A stretch of DNA of 56,971 nucleotides from Alphaproteobacteria bacterium (GCA_017467335.1 JAFTSJ010000034.1:1-56971), one strand, 5' to 3'. Positions 43,665 through 54,509 are shown, counted from the first letter of the stretch. Translations and numbers: made by a program. The notes: generated from the letters alone by a model not told the origin.

Positions 43665-45341
43665 TTAGTGTTGAGCATTCGCTTTATCCAAAAGTTCCTG
43701 AGCCATAACACGAGCCGTTTGTGTTGTCTGTGTACCGGAAAGCATACGGGCTATTTCCATCAACCGACCTTCATCATCTAAAACATGAACCTGTGTTATT
43801 GTTTTTAAATTTGTTGTCTGTTTAACAACCGTACAATGTTGAACACCGAATGAGGCAACCTGTGGAGAATGTGTAACAACCAAAACCTGACATTCTTGTC
43901 CTAACCGAGCCAATCGTTCCCCGACAGCAGCTGCCGTTGCTCCGCCAACGCCACTGTCAACTTCATCAAAAATCAACGTATCCGTTGTTTCTGCCTGTGC
44001 CAAATTAACTTTTAATGCCAACATAAAACGAGCCAACTCCCCTCCTGACGCCACTTTATTCAAAGGAGCTGGTGGTGTTCCGATATTTGTTGAAACCATA
44101 AATGAAACCGTATCAACACCTTCAGCCGTTGCGTTATCATCACAAGATATTATTTGCGTACAAAACGTTGCTTTTTCCAATTTCAAAGCGGGTAACTCTC
44201 GGGCAACGGCTTTATCTAATTTCTGAGCCGCTTTACGCCGATTATCTGATAAAATATGGGCTTCTGATAAATATTGCTGATGGATTTCAGCCACTTTTTG
44301 ACGACATTGCCGTACGTAATCTTCCCCCTTTTCAAGCTGATTCATTTGTGAACGAAAATCTGTCAACAATGTCGGCAATGCCTGAACAGATACTTGATAA
44401 CGGCGAGCCATATCTTTTAACATAAATAACCGATTATCAATATGACTTAATTCAGATACATCTCCGATTTCTTCACCGATATTTTCCAATTCTCCGGATA
44501 AGTCAACCATAATTTCTTGAGCTTCATGAACAGATTGAATCAACGGGTCAAATCGTTCCGGTAAATATTGTGAAACTTTTTCCAATTGTCTGGATACCAG
44601 CGATAATTGACGCAAAACCCCTTTTTCTTCCGAACTGATAATCTGATAAGCCGTATCAACGCTAGTAATAATTTTTTCACTGTTCATCAATTGCGTTCGG
44701 CGAATGGTCAATGCTTCTTCTTCATCCGGTTGAATATTTAACATTTCCAAATCTGATATGGCATTTTTTAAAAATTCTTCTTCTTTTGCACTGTCTGCCA
44801 TACGTTTTTCCATATCTTGCAACTCATTTTGCAAATGGCGATATTGTTGATATAAATCAGATACGTTTTTCTTCACCTTCTCCAAACCGGCATATGTGTC
44901 CAAAATTCCCAAATGTGTTGCCGGGTTTAATAAACCATGTGTCGCAAATTGCCCATGAATTTCAACCAACATTTCTCCGATTTTTTTTAAAAAAGAAATA
45001 CTGACAGGCTCATCGTTAATAAATGCCTTACTTTTACCGTCACACGTAACAATCCGCCGTAAAAAAAGTTCTTCCCCTTCGCATGCAAGACCTTGTTCAT
45101 CAATCACATGCCATACAGCATGATGTCGAGGCAAAACAAATGTTGCACTAACACTGAGCCGTTCTTCCCCATGGCGAACAAGACCGGCCTCCGCCCTTGC
45201 TCCCAGAACAAGTGATAAGGAATCCAGCAGTATTGATTTACCGGCACCTGTTTCACCGGTAAAAACACATAGCCCCTTATCAAAACTTAAATCAAGTTTA
45301 TCAATTATGACAACATTACGAATCGATAAAGATGACAGCAT
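43665..45341 (-). CDS. recN: DNA repair protein RecN
   Basis: TGETGAGKS, EIHGQ, ASGGELAR, FDEVDSGVGG, VTHSPQVA. Confidence 0.96.
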   Translation of the reverse strand: MLSSLSIRNVVIIDKLDLSFDKGLCVFTGETGAGKSILLDSLSLVLGARAEAGLVRHGEERLSVSATFVLPRHHAVWHVIDEQGLACEGEELFLRRIVTCDGKSKAFINDEPVSISFLKKIGEMLVEIHGQFATHGLLNPATHLGILDTYAGLEKVKKNVSDLYQQYRHLQNELQDMEKRMADSAKEEEFLKNAISDLEMLNIQPDEEEALTIRRTQLMNSEKIITSVDTAYQIISSEEKGVLRQLSLVSRQLEKVSQYLPERFDPLIQSVHEAQEIMVDLSGELENIGEEIGDVSELSHIDNRLFMLKDMARRYQVSVQALPTLLTDFRSQMNQLEKGEDYVRQCRQKVAEIHQQYLSEAHILSDNRRKAAQKLDKAVARELPALKLEKATFCTQIISCDDNATAEGVDTVSFMVSTNIGTPPAPLNKVASGGELARFMLALKVNLAQAETTDTLIFDEVDSGVGGATAAAVGERLARLGQECQVLVVTHSPQVASFGVQHCTVVKQTTNLKTITQVHVLDDEGRLMEIARMLSGTQTTQTARVMAQELLDKANAQH

Positions 45342-45358
45342 TTTTTTCCTTTATGAAC

Positions 45359-46126
45359 TTATTTTTCCGCTTTAGGTTGATACTTTTGTGTTATTTTAAT
45401 TGCCTTTTGAGTCCAATCATCTTGGCCGTAATATGTTTTTAATATCCGAACCATCTCCATAGCCTGTTTGTGCATACCTAACGATTCGTAACATACCGTT
45501 AAACGATACAAAGCTTCAGGCGTTTGATTGGTATGCGGATGTTCCAACAAAACCGTTTGAAACCGATTCATAGCCGGAATATATTCTGCATGCTTTAAAT
45601 AATATCGACCGACCGCCATTTCTTTACCGGCTAAATGGGCTTCGATTTCTTTCAACTTAACCTGAATATCCGGTACATACACGGAATGAGGGAAACGAGC
45701 CAAAATTTCTTGAAACGTTAACAACGCATCTTGTGTCATTTTTTGTTCACGAGATACATCCGACATTTGTTCATAATAACATAATCCTTTTAAATAGTAG
45801 GCATACACTATATTTCGATTTCCGGGATGTAATTGTATAAACCGATCTAACGTCAACACGGCATCATCATATTTATTGGCAGAATAATACGCATAGGCTG
45901 CCATAATCTGAGCTCGTGGAGCCCAAACAGAATAAGGATGTTGCCGTTCAATTTCATCAAAATATTGTGCCGAAGTATCATATTCTTTGGCCTTAAAATC
46001 ATTATAACCCCGCATATACAATTGTTCAACCGGCATATCGGGTATTGTTCCGTCACCGGCAGCACATCCCGTTAATATCAAACATGATAAAACAGCACTG
46101 ATCCAACCGTTGCATTTTTTCTTCAT
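45359..46126 (-). CDS. bamD: Outer membrane protein assembly factor BamD
   Basis: Lipobox LTGC, ERQHPYS.WA, FIQLHPG, YAYYLKGL, LAGKEMAVGRYY; upstream of recN. Confidence 0.93.
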   Translation of the reverse strand: MKKKCNGWISAVLSCLILTGCAAGDGTIPDMPVEQLYMRGYNDFKAKEYDTSAQYFDEIERQHPYSVWAPRAQIMAAYAYYSANKYDDAVLTLDRFIQLHPGNRNIVYAYYLKGLCYYEQMSDVSREQKMTQDALLTFQEILARFPHSVYVPDIQVKLKEIEAHLAGKEMAVGRYYLKHAEYIPAMNRFQTVLLEHPHTNQTPEALYRLTVCYESLGMHKQAMEMVRILKTYYGQDDWTQKAIKITQKYQPKAEK

Positions 46127-46262
46127 TTGTAACCTCACTTTTATATTTTTTGTATCCTAACAAGAAACAAAAATTTATTCAAGTATTTTATAACTGTTTT
46201 TTCCGTTTATATATAATTCGTTTATCAATAAAAGAAAAGATAAAAAAACAAAACCTTTCCTG

Positions 46263-46291
46263 TTGACTTTTCAAAAAGAGCATTTTAAGAT
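46263..46291 (+). promoter_or_regulatory. Sigma70-type promoter of PEPCK gene
   Basis: TTGACT-17 bp-TAAGAT. Confidence 0.5.
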
Positions 46292-46320
46292 AAATCTATA
46301 TATTAAAAAGGGAGAAGAAC

Positions 46321-48138
46321 ATGTCAACACAAAAAATACCAACAACTAATCCAAAAGTTATCGATTGGGTTAATGAAATTGCCGATTTAACCGAACCGGA
46401 CGCTATTTATTGGTGTGACGGCTCACAAAAAGAAAGTGATGCCATCAATAATTTATTAGTGGAAAACGGTACATTTATTCCGCTTAATCCAAAAAAACGT
46501 CCCAATAGTTTTTTAGCCCGTTCCAACCCGAAAGATGTTGCTCGGGTTGAAGGCAGAACATTTATTTGTTCGGAAAAAGAACAAGATGCCGGTCCGACAA
46601 ATAATTGGGCTAATCCCAAAAAAATGAAAAAAATATTAAATAAACTGCTCAAAGGATGTATGAAAGGACGCACAATGTATGTTATTGCGTTTTCGATGGG
46701 TCCTTTGGGGTCTGATATTTCTCAAATCGGTATTGAAATAACTGATTCACCTTATGTTGTTGCGAATATGCGTATTATGACACGCATGGGACAAAAGGTA
46801 TGGAAAATATTGGGAGATAACGACTTTGTCAAATGCTTACATTCCGTTGGTGTTCCACTTAAAGAAGGGGAAAAAGACGTCCCTTGGCCCTGCAACCCTG
46901 AAAACACATATGTTACTCATTTCCCTGAAACAAAGGAAATTATCTCTTTCGGTAGCGGATATGGCGGAAATGCTTTATTAGGTAAAAAATGCTTGGCATT
47001 ACGTATTGCCAGCACCATGGCTCGTGATGATGGTTGGCTGGCAGAACATATGTTAATCGTAGGCTTGGAAAACAAAAAGTTGAAAATTAAATCGTATGTA
47101 ACAGCAGCCTTCCCCAGTGCCTGCGGTAAAACGAATATGGCCATGCTTATTCCACCAAAAGAAATGAAGGATTGGAAAGTATCAACAATCGGAGATGATA
47201 TTGCTTGGATTAAACCTAAAAAAGACGGGCGTTTATATGCCATCAATCCGGAAGCCGGATTTTTTGGCGTAGCCCCGGGAACATCTCCCAAAACAAACAA
47301 AAACGCCATTGAATCTTGCCGAGCCAATACAATTTTCACAAATGTTGCCTTAACGGATGACGGGGATGTTTGGTGGGAAGGATTAACAGACGAACCGCCT
47401 CAACACCTGATTGATTGGCAAGGCAATGATTGGACACCGCAATCTCAAACACCGGCTGCTCATCCTAACTCTCGCTTTACGGCTCCAGCCGGACAATGTC
47501 CGATTATTGACAAGAACTGGGAAAATCCGAACGGCGTTCCAATTGATGCTTTTATTGTCGGTGGTCGTTTAGCAACAAATGCTCCTTTGGTCTATCAAGC
47601 ATTCAATTGGCAACACGGTGTTTATTTAGCCAGCATAATGGGTTCCGAAAAAACCGCTGCCGCCGAAGGAAAAGCAGGTGAAATTCGCCGTGATCCGATG
47701 GCTATGCTTCCCTTTTGCGGATACAACATGGGCAATTATTGGAAACATTGGTTAGAAGTCGGAGCCAAAATAAAACACAAACCTCTTGTTTTCCGTGTTA
47801 ACTGGTTTAGGAAAAATGACAAAGGTCAATTTATGTGGCCTGGTTTTGGCAATAATATGCGTGTTTTGGAATGGATTGTCAAACGGACACAAGGTATAGC
47901 TAATGCTCAAGAAACAGTATTCGGTTGGTCTCCTAATTATCAAGATTTAACATGGAAAGGTCTATCTATGTCTGAAACGGATTTTGATGATTTAATGAAA
48001 ATTGATATTCCGACAGCATTAAAAGAAGTTGAATCTCAAAAAGAACATTACAAGCCGTTTAAAAAACAAAAAACATTGCCGATTGAACTGGAAGCAGAAA
48101 TTATATTACAAGAAGAACGGCTTAAAAAAGCACAATAA
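46321..48138 (+). CDS. pckG: Phosphoenolpyruvate carboxykinase (GTP-dependent)
   Basis: [67 protein letters not shown]. Confidence 0.96.
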   Translation: MSTQKIPTTNPKVIDWVNEIADLTEPDAIYWCDGSQKESDAINNLLVENGTFIPLNPKKRPNSFLARSNPKDVARVEGRTFICSEKEQDAGPTNNWANPKKMKKILNKLLKGCMKGRTMYVIAFSMGPLGSDISQIGIEITDSPYVVANMRIMTRMGQKVWKILGDNDFVKCLHSVGVPLKEGEKDVPWPCNPENTYVTHFPETKEIISFGSGYGGNALLGKKCLALRIASTMARDDGWLAEHMLIVGLENKKLKIKSYVTAAFPSACGKTNMAMLIPPKEMKDWKVSTIGDDIAWIKPKKDGRLYAINPEAGFFGVAPGTSPKTNKNAIESCRANTIFTNVALTDDGDVWWEGLTDEPPQHLIDWQGNDWTPQSQTPAAHPNSRFTAPAGQCPIIDKNWENPNGVPIDAFIVGGRLATNAPLVYQAFNWQHGVYLASIMGSEKTAAAEGKAGEIRRDPMAMLPFCGYNMGNYWKHWLEVGAKIKHKPLVFRVNWFRKNDKGQFMWPGFGNNMRVLEWIVKRTQGIANAQETVFGWSPNYQDLTWKGLSMSETDFDDLMKIDIPTALKEVESQKEHYKPFKKQKTLPIELEAEIILQEERLKKAQ

Positions 48139-48156
48139 AAAATCTCTATTTTTAGC

Positions 48157-48190
48157 AAACCTCCGTTAAAAAATTTTTTGACGGAGGTTT
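48157..48190 (+). terminator. Terminator-like hairpin after pckG
   Basis: aaacctccgttaaaaaa / ttttttgacggaggttt inverted repeat. Confidence 0.75.
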
Positions 48191-48221
48191 AATGATTGTC
48201 ATACACCTAAACAGATTTTGA

Positions 48222-48250
48222 TTGACAAAAAACATAAACCATAGTAAAAT
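48222..48250 (+). promoter_or_regulatory. Sigma70-type promoter of the AbiEii pair
   Basis: TTGACA-17 bp-TAAAAT ending 50 bp upstream of ATG 48301. Confidence 0.7.
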
Positions 48251-48300
48251 ATCATGGAAGTTATTGTTTTATCAAAAAAATAACACATTAAGGATGATAT

Positions 48301-49383
48301 ATGATACAAGGTAAAATATTTCAAAATTTATCACGCCGTTTGGGTATTCGTGCCGAAACATTAGAACGTGACTATGTGATGAATTTAATTTTGGATGCCT
48401 TTGCTCATTGTCCTTCAACACAAGATACATTCTTTTTCAAGGGTGGATGTTGTGTTCACAAATGTTTTTCTCAACATACATTTAATTCGACAAACCCAAA
48501 TCTTTCTTATTTTTTAAACGGACGTTTTTCATCAGATATTGATTTAACGGTTACACCGGATATGATGTCAACTGAAAAACTGACACAGGCATTTGAAGAA
48601 GTAAAAGAGTACGTTTATCATCGACACGGGCTGGTTATCGGTCAATTTTCATTTCCCATTCATGCAAACAACAAACAACAAATTGAAAATCGACTTAAAT
48701 CCAACTGTCGTGGTATTATTCATTTTGAAGGTCCGATGTATAATAAAAGATTCAATTCTCCTGCCATGAAATTTGATATTACTGCGGATGAACGGGTTGT
48801 GTTTTCACCTTATAAACGTTTAATTTTTCATCCTTATTCCAAAGAAGATGAAGAAATTGTTTTAGTGACCAAAACATACACGTTGCGTGATATTTTTGCT
48901 GAAAAAATACGGGCATTGTTTGAACGGTGTTCACCACGTGATTTATATGATTTGGTTATCTTACAATCCCATCCGGACTTGGACGAGTCACGACGAACAG
49001 GTATCGGATTATCCATCATTGAAAAATTTATTTTAAAACAAATGGATTATAATATCTCGATGAAACGATTGGAAACAACCCAAAGATACGGAACACCCCT
49101 ACTTGAGCTTTGTCGTACATCATGGGAAAATGCGTTGATGCGTCAAGTTGCTTCCATACCAAATTACGATGATTATATTCAACAATTACCCAACATTATT
49201 TCTTTTGCCCAACAATGTGTTTTACGGGCACAAAAAGAAATTGCTCATTATAATAATCGAACGCCGAAACAATTTTCAACAACTGTACACCGTCTGTTAC
49301 TTGAACAAACATTCAAGGGTTCTGATTTTCAAAAACAAATAAATCAGGTACTTGCAGAAGAAAAAAATGAGAGGTCAAAATGA
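48301..49383 (+). CDS. AbiEii/AbiGii-family (DUF1814) nucleotidyltransferase
   Basis: LERDY, FKGG, RFSSDIDLT, AEKIRAL, R..PRDLYD. Confidence 0.9.
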   Translation: MIQGKIFQNLSRRLGIRAETLERDYVMNLILDAFAHCPSTQDTFFFKGGCCVHKCFSQHTFNSTNPNLSYFLNGRFSSDIDLTVTPDMMSTEKLTQAFEEVKEYVYHRHGLVIGQFSFPIHANNKQQIENRLKSNCRGIIHFEGPMYNKRFNSPAMKFDITADERVVFSPYKRLIFHPYSKEDEEIVLVTKTYTLRDIFAEKIRALFERCSPRDLYDLVILQSHPDLDESRRTGIGLSIIEKFILKQMDYNISMKRLETTQRYGTPLLELCRTSWENALMRQVASIPNYDDYIQQLPNIISFAQQCVLRAQKEIAHYNNRTPKQFSTTVHRLLLEQTFKGSDFQKQINQVLAEEKNERSK

Positions 49384-50495
49384 TTGATAGAAAAGTTTTG
49401 CAAAATCTTTCTCGTCGAACCGGCATCCGAGCTGAATTGCTTGAAAAAGATTACGTAATGAATCTGCTTTTAGATGCGATTGCCAATTGTCCCTCGGCAC
49501 GTAATAAAATCTTCCTCAAAGGAGGAGCGGCCATATACAAATGCTATAATTTTCATGACAACACGCCACCAAATAAAAAAACACCCTCACCATTATTATT
49601 GAATATGCGGTTTACTGATGATTTAGACTTTACCGTCACACCAGATTTAATGTCAGAAGAAAAACTGCACACCGTTTTCAATGAAATCGCATAATACTTA
49701 TTGGAACGGCACGGATTGGTTATCAATCAATTTTCGTTTCCCATTCATAGCAACAAAAAACAAATGTTTGATGGCCATGAAAAACGTAATTGTCGAGGAT
49801 TTATTCACTTTGAAGGACCAATGTTTAACCCACGTTTTAATTCGCCAACATTAAAAATGGATATAACATCGGATGAACATATTGCTTTTTCACCGTATTT
49901 GTTACCGATAAAACACCCGTATCCAACACGATCGGATGAACAACCGTTGTTTGCACAAACATACACATTCCATGATATTTTAGCCGAAAAAATTCGAGCA
50001 TTATTCGAACGTGTTTCCGTTCGAGATTTATATGATTGTCTTTTTTTAATACAACATCCGCATATGGATGATGTGCGTAAAACAGGAATAGGCGTTGCCT
50101 TGATAGATAAATTAAAAGCTCGAAATTTGTCCCCACAAGTATCTTGGACATTATTTACACGCCGTGTTGATGAAAACAACACCCCTATTGATATCAGAAA
50201 TGAATTTCAATCACAATGGGAAAGTACATTAAGTCGTCAAATTGTTCATGTTCCGCCTTTTGATATTGCTTGGGAAAGAACAACTTACTTAATTGAATTT
50301 GCCCGAGAATGTTTAACCTTAGCCAAAGCACGTATTACTGACTTAAAACGTAAAAATCCGGATCAAGATATTCATGTCATTATTGATAATTTAATTGTAG
50401 AACAACGCAATAATGAAATCAAGACCATCAATCGCCAAGTTAATCAAACACTCAATTCAATGCAAAGTAAACAAACAAATAATCAAAAAGATTAA
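49380..50495 (+). pseudogene. Second AbiEii-family nucleotidyltransferase with one in-frame TAA (49692-49694)
   Basis: ORFs 49380..49694 and 49701..50495 are in the same frame; FNEIA*YLLERHGLVINQFSFP aligns with paralog FEEVKEYVYHRHGLVIGQFSFP; LKGG, RFTDDLD, AEKIRAL and RDLYD retained. Confidence 0.85.
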
Positions 50496-50646
50496 CTGAA
50501 AACACAATATAATATATACAAAACTCCTGACTAAAAATTCAGCAAGGGATTGATAATATAATACATAAAAAAAATACCTTAATAAAGAAACAAAAAAATG
50601 TTTTCACTTTTGTAAATAGCGTTTATTTCAAACACAGCAGTTCAAT

Positions 50647-50850
50647 TTAGTTTTTTGAACGATTAAGCAAGCTTAACATACTGGTTAAACCACCGGATGT
50701 TGCCCGTTGTCTATTCACAAAATAACTTTGGCGATTATTCATTGCACGAGCATATCGTTTTAAAAACGACCGTTCATATTCCCGAACTTCTGATGAATCC
50801 GAAATTTTTACCAGTGCCTGTAATAAATGTCTTCGTTTTTCAATGACCAT
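50647..50850 (-). CDS. Small basic hypothetical protein (67 aa)
   Basis: AAGAGG RBS and a TTGACA-17-TAGTAT promoter upstream. Confidence 0.6.
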   Translation of the reverse strand: MVIEKRRHLLQALVKISDSSEVREYERSFLKRYARAMNNRQSYFVNRQRATSGGLTSMLSLLNRSKN

Positions 50851-50890
50851 TTATCGCCTCTTAATCGTGTGATAAAAATCACTTCTTGCT

Positions 50891-50919
50891 ATACTATCAC
50901 AATTTTCTATAGCTGTCAA
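50891..50919 (-). promoter_or_regulatory. Sigma70-type promoter of the 67-aa gene
   Basis: Minus-strand TTGACA-gctatagaaaattgtga-TAGTAT. Confidence 0.65.
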
Positions 50920-51040
50920 ATGAATATTTAAACTTTCAAATAACAAAAATTATCGCAAAATGTTTCTTTTTTTTGTTTCTTTTTACATGGGAATATGCTA
51001 TACATCTCCTATCTTTAATTGATAACGATAGGAAAGAAAA

Positions 51041-52132
51041 ATGGAACAACAAATTAAAGAAATGAAACAAACACTTATCCAAGCCATTCAACAAGCAGAA
51101 AATCTTGTTGCACTTGATGAAATTCGTGTCAAATCTCTTGGAAAAAACGGATGTATAACCGGTTTAATGAAATCCATCGGCAAATTAAGTGCTGAAGAAC
51201 GCAAATCGGCCGGTCAAATTTTAAATGTTTTTAAAGATGAAATTGCCACACTTCTTGACGATAAAAAACAAACGCTTGAATTGCAAGAAATGAATGAACG
51301 TTTGGCCTCACAAACAGTTGATATTACATTACCTGTTCGCCCTAACACAAATATTGGTCGCATTCATCCCGTATCACAAGTCACGGAAGAAATGTTAACT
51401 ATCTTTGCACAAATGGGATTTGAAGTTGCCGAAGGTCCGGATATCGAAGACGATTTCCATAATTTTGAAGCCTTAAATATTCCGGCTGCACACCCTGCCC
51501 GTCAAATGCAAGCAACATTTTTTATGGAAAATACAACGGATAAAGTATTAAGAACGCAAACATCCGGTGTTCAAATCAGAACAATGGAAAATAAAAAACC
51601 ACCGATTAAAATTGTTGCTCCCGGTCGTACATACCGCCGTGATTATGATATGACTCATACACCGATGTTTCATCAAATTGAAGGGTTGGTTATTGATACG
51701 GAAACAAACTTGGCTCACTTAAAATCAACATTGGTTGAATTTATGAAATTATTTTTTGAAACAGATGATGTTGCCTTACGTTTCCGTCCATCTTATTTTC
51801 CATTTACCGAACCGTCATATGAAGCTGATGTCGGTTGTTCACGGGAAAATGGGGAATTTAAAATAAAATCCGGTGCCGGTTGGTGTGAGTTATTGGGGTG
51901 TGGCATGGTACATCCGAATGTGCTACGCAATTGCGGATTGGATCCAAATATTTATCAGGGTTTTGCGTTTGGTTGCGGGATAGACAGATTTGCCATGTTA
52001 AAGTACGGTATTCCTGATTTACGCAGTTTCTTTGATGCTGATATGCGTTGGATACGACATTACGGATTTTTACCGTTAGATATACCGACAATTACCAGTG
52101 GATTAAGTTTAAACGGAGGATTAAAACGATGA
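51041..52132 (+). CDS. pheS: Phenylalanine-tRNA ligase alpha subunit
   Basis: HNFEALN, HPAR.MQ.TF, LRTQTS, THTPMFHQIEG, RPSYFPFTEPS, GCGMVHP. Confidence 0.97.
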   Translation: MEQQIKEMKQTLIQAIQQAENLVALDEIRVKSLGKNGCITGLMKSIGKLSAEERKSAGQILNVFKDEIATLLDDKKQTLELQEMNERLASQTVDITLPVRPNTNIGRIHPVSQVTEEMLTIFAQMGFEVAEGPDIEDDFHNFEALNIPAAHPARQMQATFFMENTTDKVLRTQTSGVQIRTMENKKPPIKIVAPGRTYRRDYDMTHTPMFHQIEGLVIDTETNLAHLKSTLVEFMKLFFETDDVALRFRPSYFPFTEPSYEADVGCSRENGEFKIKSGAGWCELLGCGMVHPNVLRNCGLDPNIYQGFAFGCGIDRFAMLKYGIPDLRSFFDADMRWIRHYGFLPLDIPTITSGLSLNGGLKR

Positions 52133-54489
52133 AAATTTCTTTAAGAGCACTCAAAAAATATCTAGATACAACTGCCTCTACACAGGAAATTGCCGATACG
52201 TTAACATCTATCGGTTTGGAAGTTGAAGAAATTATTGATAATTCAGCTTCATTGGCTCCGTTTCATATTGCTGAAATTAAAACGGTTGAAAATCATCCAA
52301 ACGCAGATAAGTTACATATTTTAGGTGTTTTTACAGGCCATGAAATGTTACAAATTGTGTGTGGGGCTCCAAATGTTCGGGTTGGCATGAAATCTGTTTT
52401 AGCACGTGAAGGAGATTTAATCCCGTTATACAATGAACGCTTAAAAAAAGGAATGATTCGAGGCGTTGAAAGTATGGGAATGCTTTGTTCCGAAAAAGAA
52501 TTGGGTATCAGCGATAATCACGAAGGTATCATTGATTTACAAACGGATTTACCGGCCGGAACACCGGTAACAGATGTGTTGGCCAGTGATATTATTTTAG
52601 ATGTTAATGTTACCCCTAATCGAGGTGATTGCTTTGGTATTAAAGGCATTGCACGAGATTTATCGGCAACCGGTATCGGTACATTCATCTCCCATGATGT
52701 ACAGGAAATAAAGGGACATTTTACATCTCCCGTACAAGTACATATCCACGATGAAGATTGTCCCCAATTTGTCGGTCGATACATTAAAAATGTTAAAAAT
52801 GGAGAAAGTCCGAAATGGATGCAGGAATTTTTAATTTCAATGGGAATGCGTCCTATTTCTGCCTTAGTTGACATTACAAATTATCTCAACATAGCTGAAT
52901 GTCGTCCGCTTCATGTATTTGATGCCGATAAATTAAACGGTGATTTGATTGTTCGTAAAGCACAACAAGGTGAAAAAATCCTTGCTTTAAATGAAAAAGA
53001 ATACGAATTGACGGATAAAATGACTGTTATTGCCGATAATAGCGGTGCATTAAGTATTGCCGGTGTTATGGGGGGAGAAGCAACCGGTTGTACAAAAGAT
53101 ACAGTTAATGTCTTTTTAGAATCTGCTTATTTCACACCGGTTTCAATTGCCCATACCGGACGAGAATTAAATGCAGAATCAGATTCTCGCACACGATTCG
53201 AACGGGGGATTGATCCGGCCTCACAATTGATGGGAAACAATATTGCAACGCAATTAATTTTGGATATCTGTGGTGGTGAAGCATCAGATATCGTCATTGC
53301 CGGTCATGAACCAAACTGGCACCATGAAATTGATTTTGATTTCGGATTGGTCAAACGGTTGTGTGGATTAGATATTCCACATCAAAAAATGGTTGATATC
53401 TTGGAAAAACTGGGTTTCACAGTGAACGAAACAAAAATCAGTGTTCCTTCATGGCGAACAAATGACGTTAAAGAAGGCGCTGATTTAGTCGAAGAAATTG
53501 TTCGCATTAACGGATTGGATGATTTACCAACAATGCCGTTGCGTCCGAATGAATTACCGTTAAGTATTTTGTTGCCTCATCAAAAGCGTGAAAGTGCTAT
53601 CAGACGGGCATTGGCAGCCCGTGGATTGAATCAAGCCATTACCTGGTCTTTTATGGATTCAAAATTGGCTCAATATTTCAATTCAAAAGGGATTCGAATT
53701 GCTAATCCGATTGCTTCTGATTTAGATGAAATGCGTCCTTCATTGGTTCCCAATCTGTTATCAGCCATCCAACGCAATCAAGACCGAGGTATTCACGATG
53801 TTCAATTATTTGAAGTCGGACCGGAATTTTATTCTACAACACCCAAAGAACAACGCATGGTTGCCTGTGGTGTCAGAGCCGGTCACTTTACACCACGTCA
53901 CTTCCTTGAAAAAATGCGAGATGTTGATGTATTCGATGCAAAAGCCGATGCATTAGATGCTTTGGCCTCCATTGATGCACCTCAAAATTTACAGGTTGTG
54001 CGTAAGGCTCCGTCTTGGTACCATCCGGGTCGTTCTGGGGCTTTAACACTCGGTAAAAACGTTGTTGCCTACTTTGGCGAAATTCATCCGATGATATTAA
54101 AAGTTTTTGATATCAAAACACCTGTTGTTGCTTTTGAAATTTATATGGATAACGTACCACAAGCACGGGCAAAATCAAAATCTCAAAAACTGCTTAAAAT
54201 GTCAAATTTAATGCCATTGACACGAGATTTTGCCTTTGTTGCCGACCAAACCATTGAAGCCGGTAAGTTAATGGCAACAATTCAAAATGTTGATAAAGAA
54301 AAAATCACAAATGTTTCTTTATTTGATGTTTATGAAGGCGATAAATTACCGCAAGGGAAAAAATCCATTGCCCTTCAGGTAACAATTTGGCCGTCAGATA
54401 AAACAATGACGGACAAGGAAATTGAAATATTAAGCACGCAAATTATCAATGCCGTTCATAAAGCAACCGGTGCGGAGTTGCGTTCTTAA
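52129..54489 (+). CDS. pheT: Phenylalanine-tRNA ligase beta subunit
   Basis: HPNADKL, VCGAPN, TPNRGDC, RFERGID, RDFAFV, FDVYEG; ATGA overlap with pheS. Confidence 0.97.
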   Translation: MKISLRALKKYLDTTASTQEIADTLTSIGLEVEEIIDNSASLAPFHIAEIKTVENHPNADKLHILGVFTGHEMLQIVCGAPNVRVGMKSVLAREGDLIPLYNERLKKGMIRGVESMGMLCSEKELGISDNHEGIIDLQTDLPAGTPVTDVLASDIILDVNVTPNRGDCFGIKGIARDLSATGIGTFISHDVQEIKGHFTSPVQVHIHDEDCPQFVGRYIKNVKNGESPKWMQEFLISMGMRPISALVDITNYLNIAECRPLHVFDADKLNGDLIVRKAQQGEKILALNEKEYELTDKMTVIADNSGALSIAGVMGGEATGCTKDTVNVFLESAYFTPVSIAHTGRELNAESDSRTRFERGIDPASQLMGNNIATQLILDICGGEASDIVIAGHEPNWHHEIDFDFGLVKRLCGLDIPHQKMVDILEKLGFTVNETKISVPSWRTNDVKEGADLVEEIVRINGLDDLPTMPLRPNELPLSILLPHQKRESAIRRALAARGLNQAITWSFMDSKLAQYFNSKGIRIANPIASDLDEMRPSLVPNLLSAIQRNQDRGIHDVQLFEVGPEFYSTTPKEQRMVACGVRAGHFTPRHFLEKMRDVDVFDAKADALDALASIDAPQNLQVVRKAPSWYHPGRSGALTLGKNVVAYFGEIHPMILKVFDIKTPVVAFEIYMDNVPQARAKSKSQKLLKMSNLMPLTRDFAFVADQTIEAGKLMATIQNVDKEKITNVSLFDVYEGDKLPQGKKSIALQVTIWPSDKTMTDKEIEILSTQIINAVHKATGAELRS

Positions 54490-54509
54490 ATATAAATATA
54501 AAAAATCTG

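Noticed and set aside
50584-50982. 15-bp inverted repeat (aaagaaacaaaaaaa) flanking the 67-aa gene, as a possible MITE or invertible segment
   Set aside because: Low-complexity A/T sequence, a similar string occurs near 46160, and no target duplication or recombinase is present
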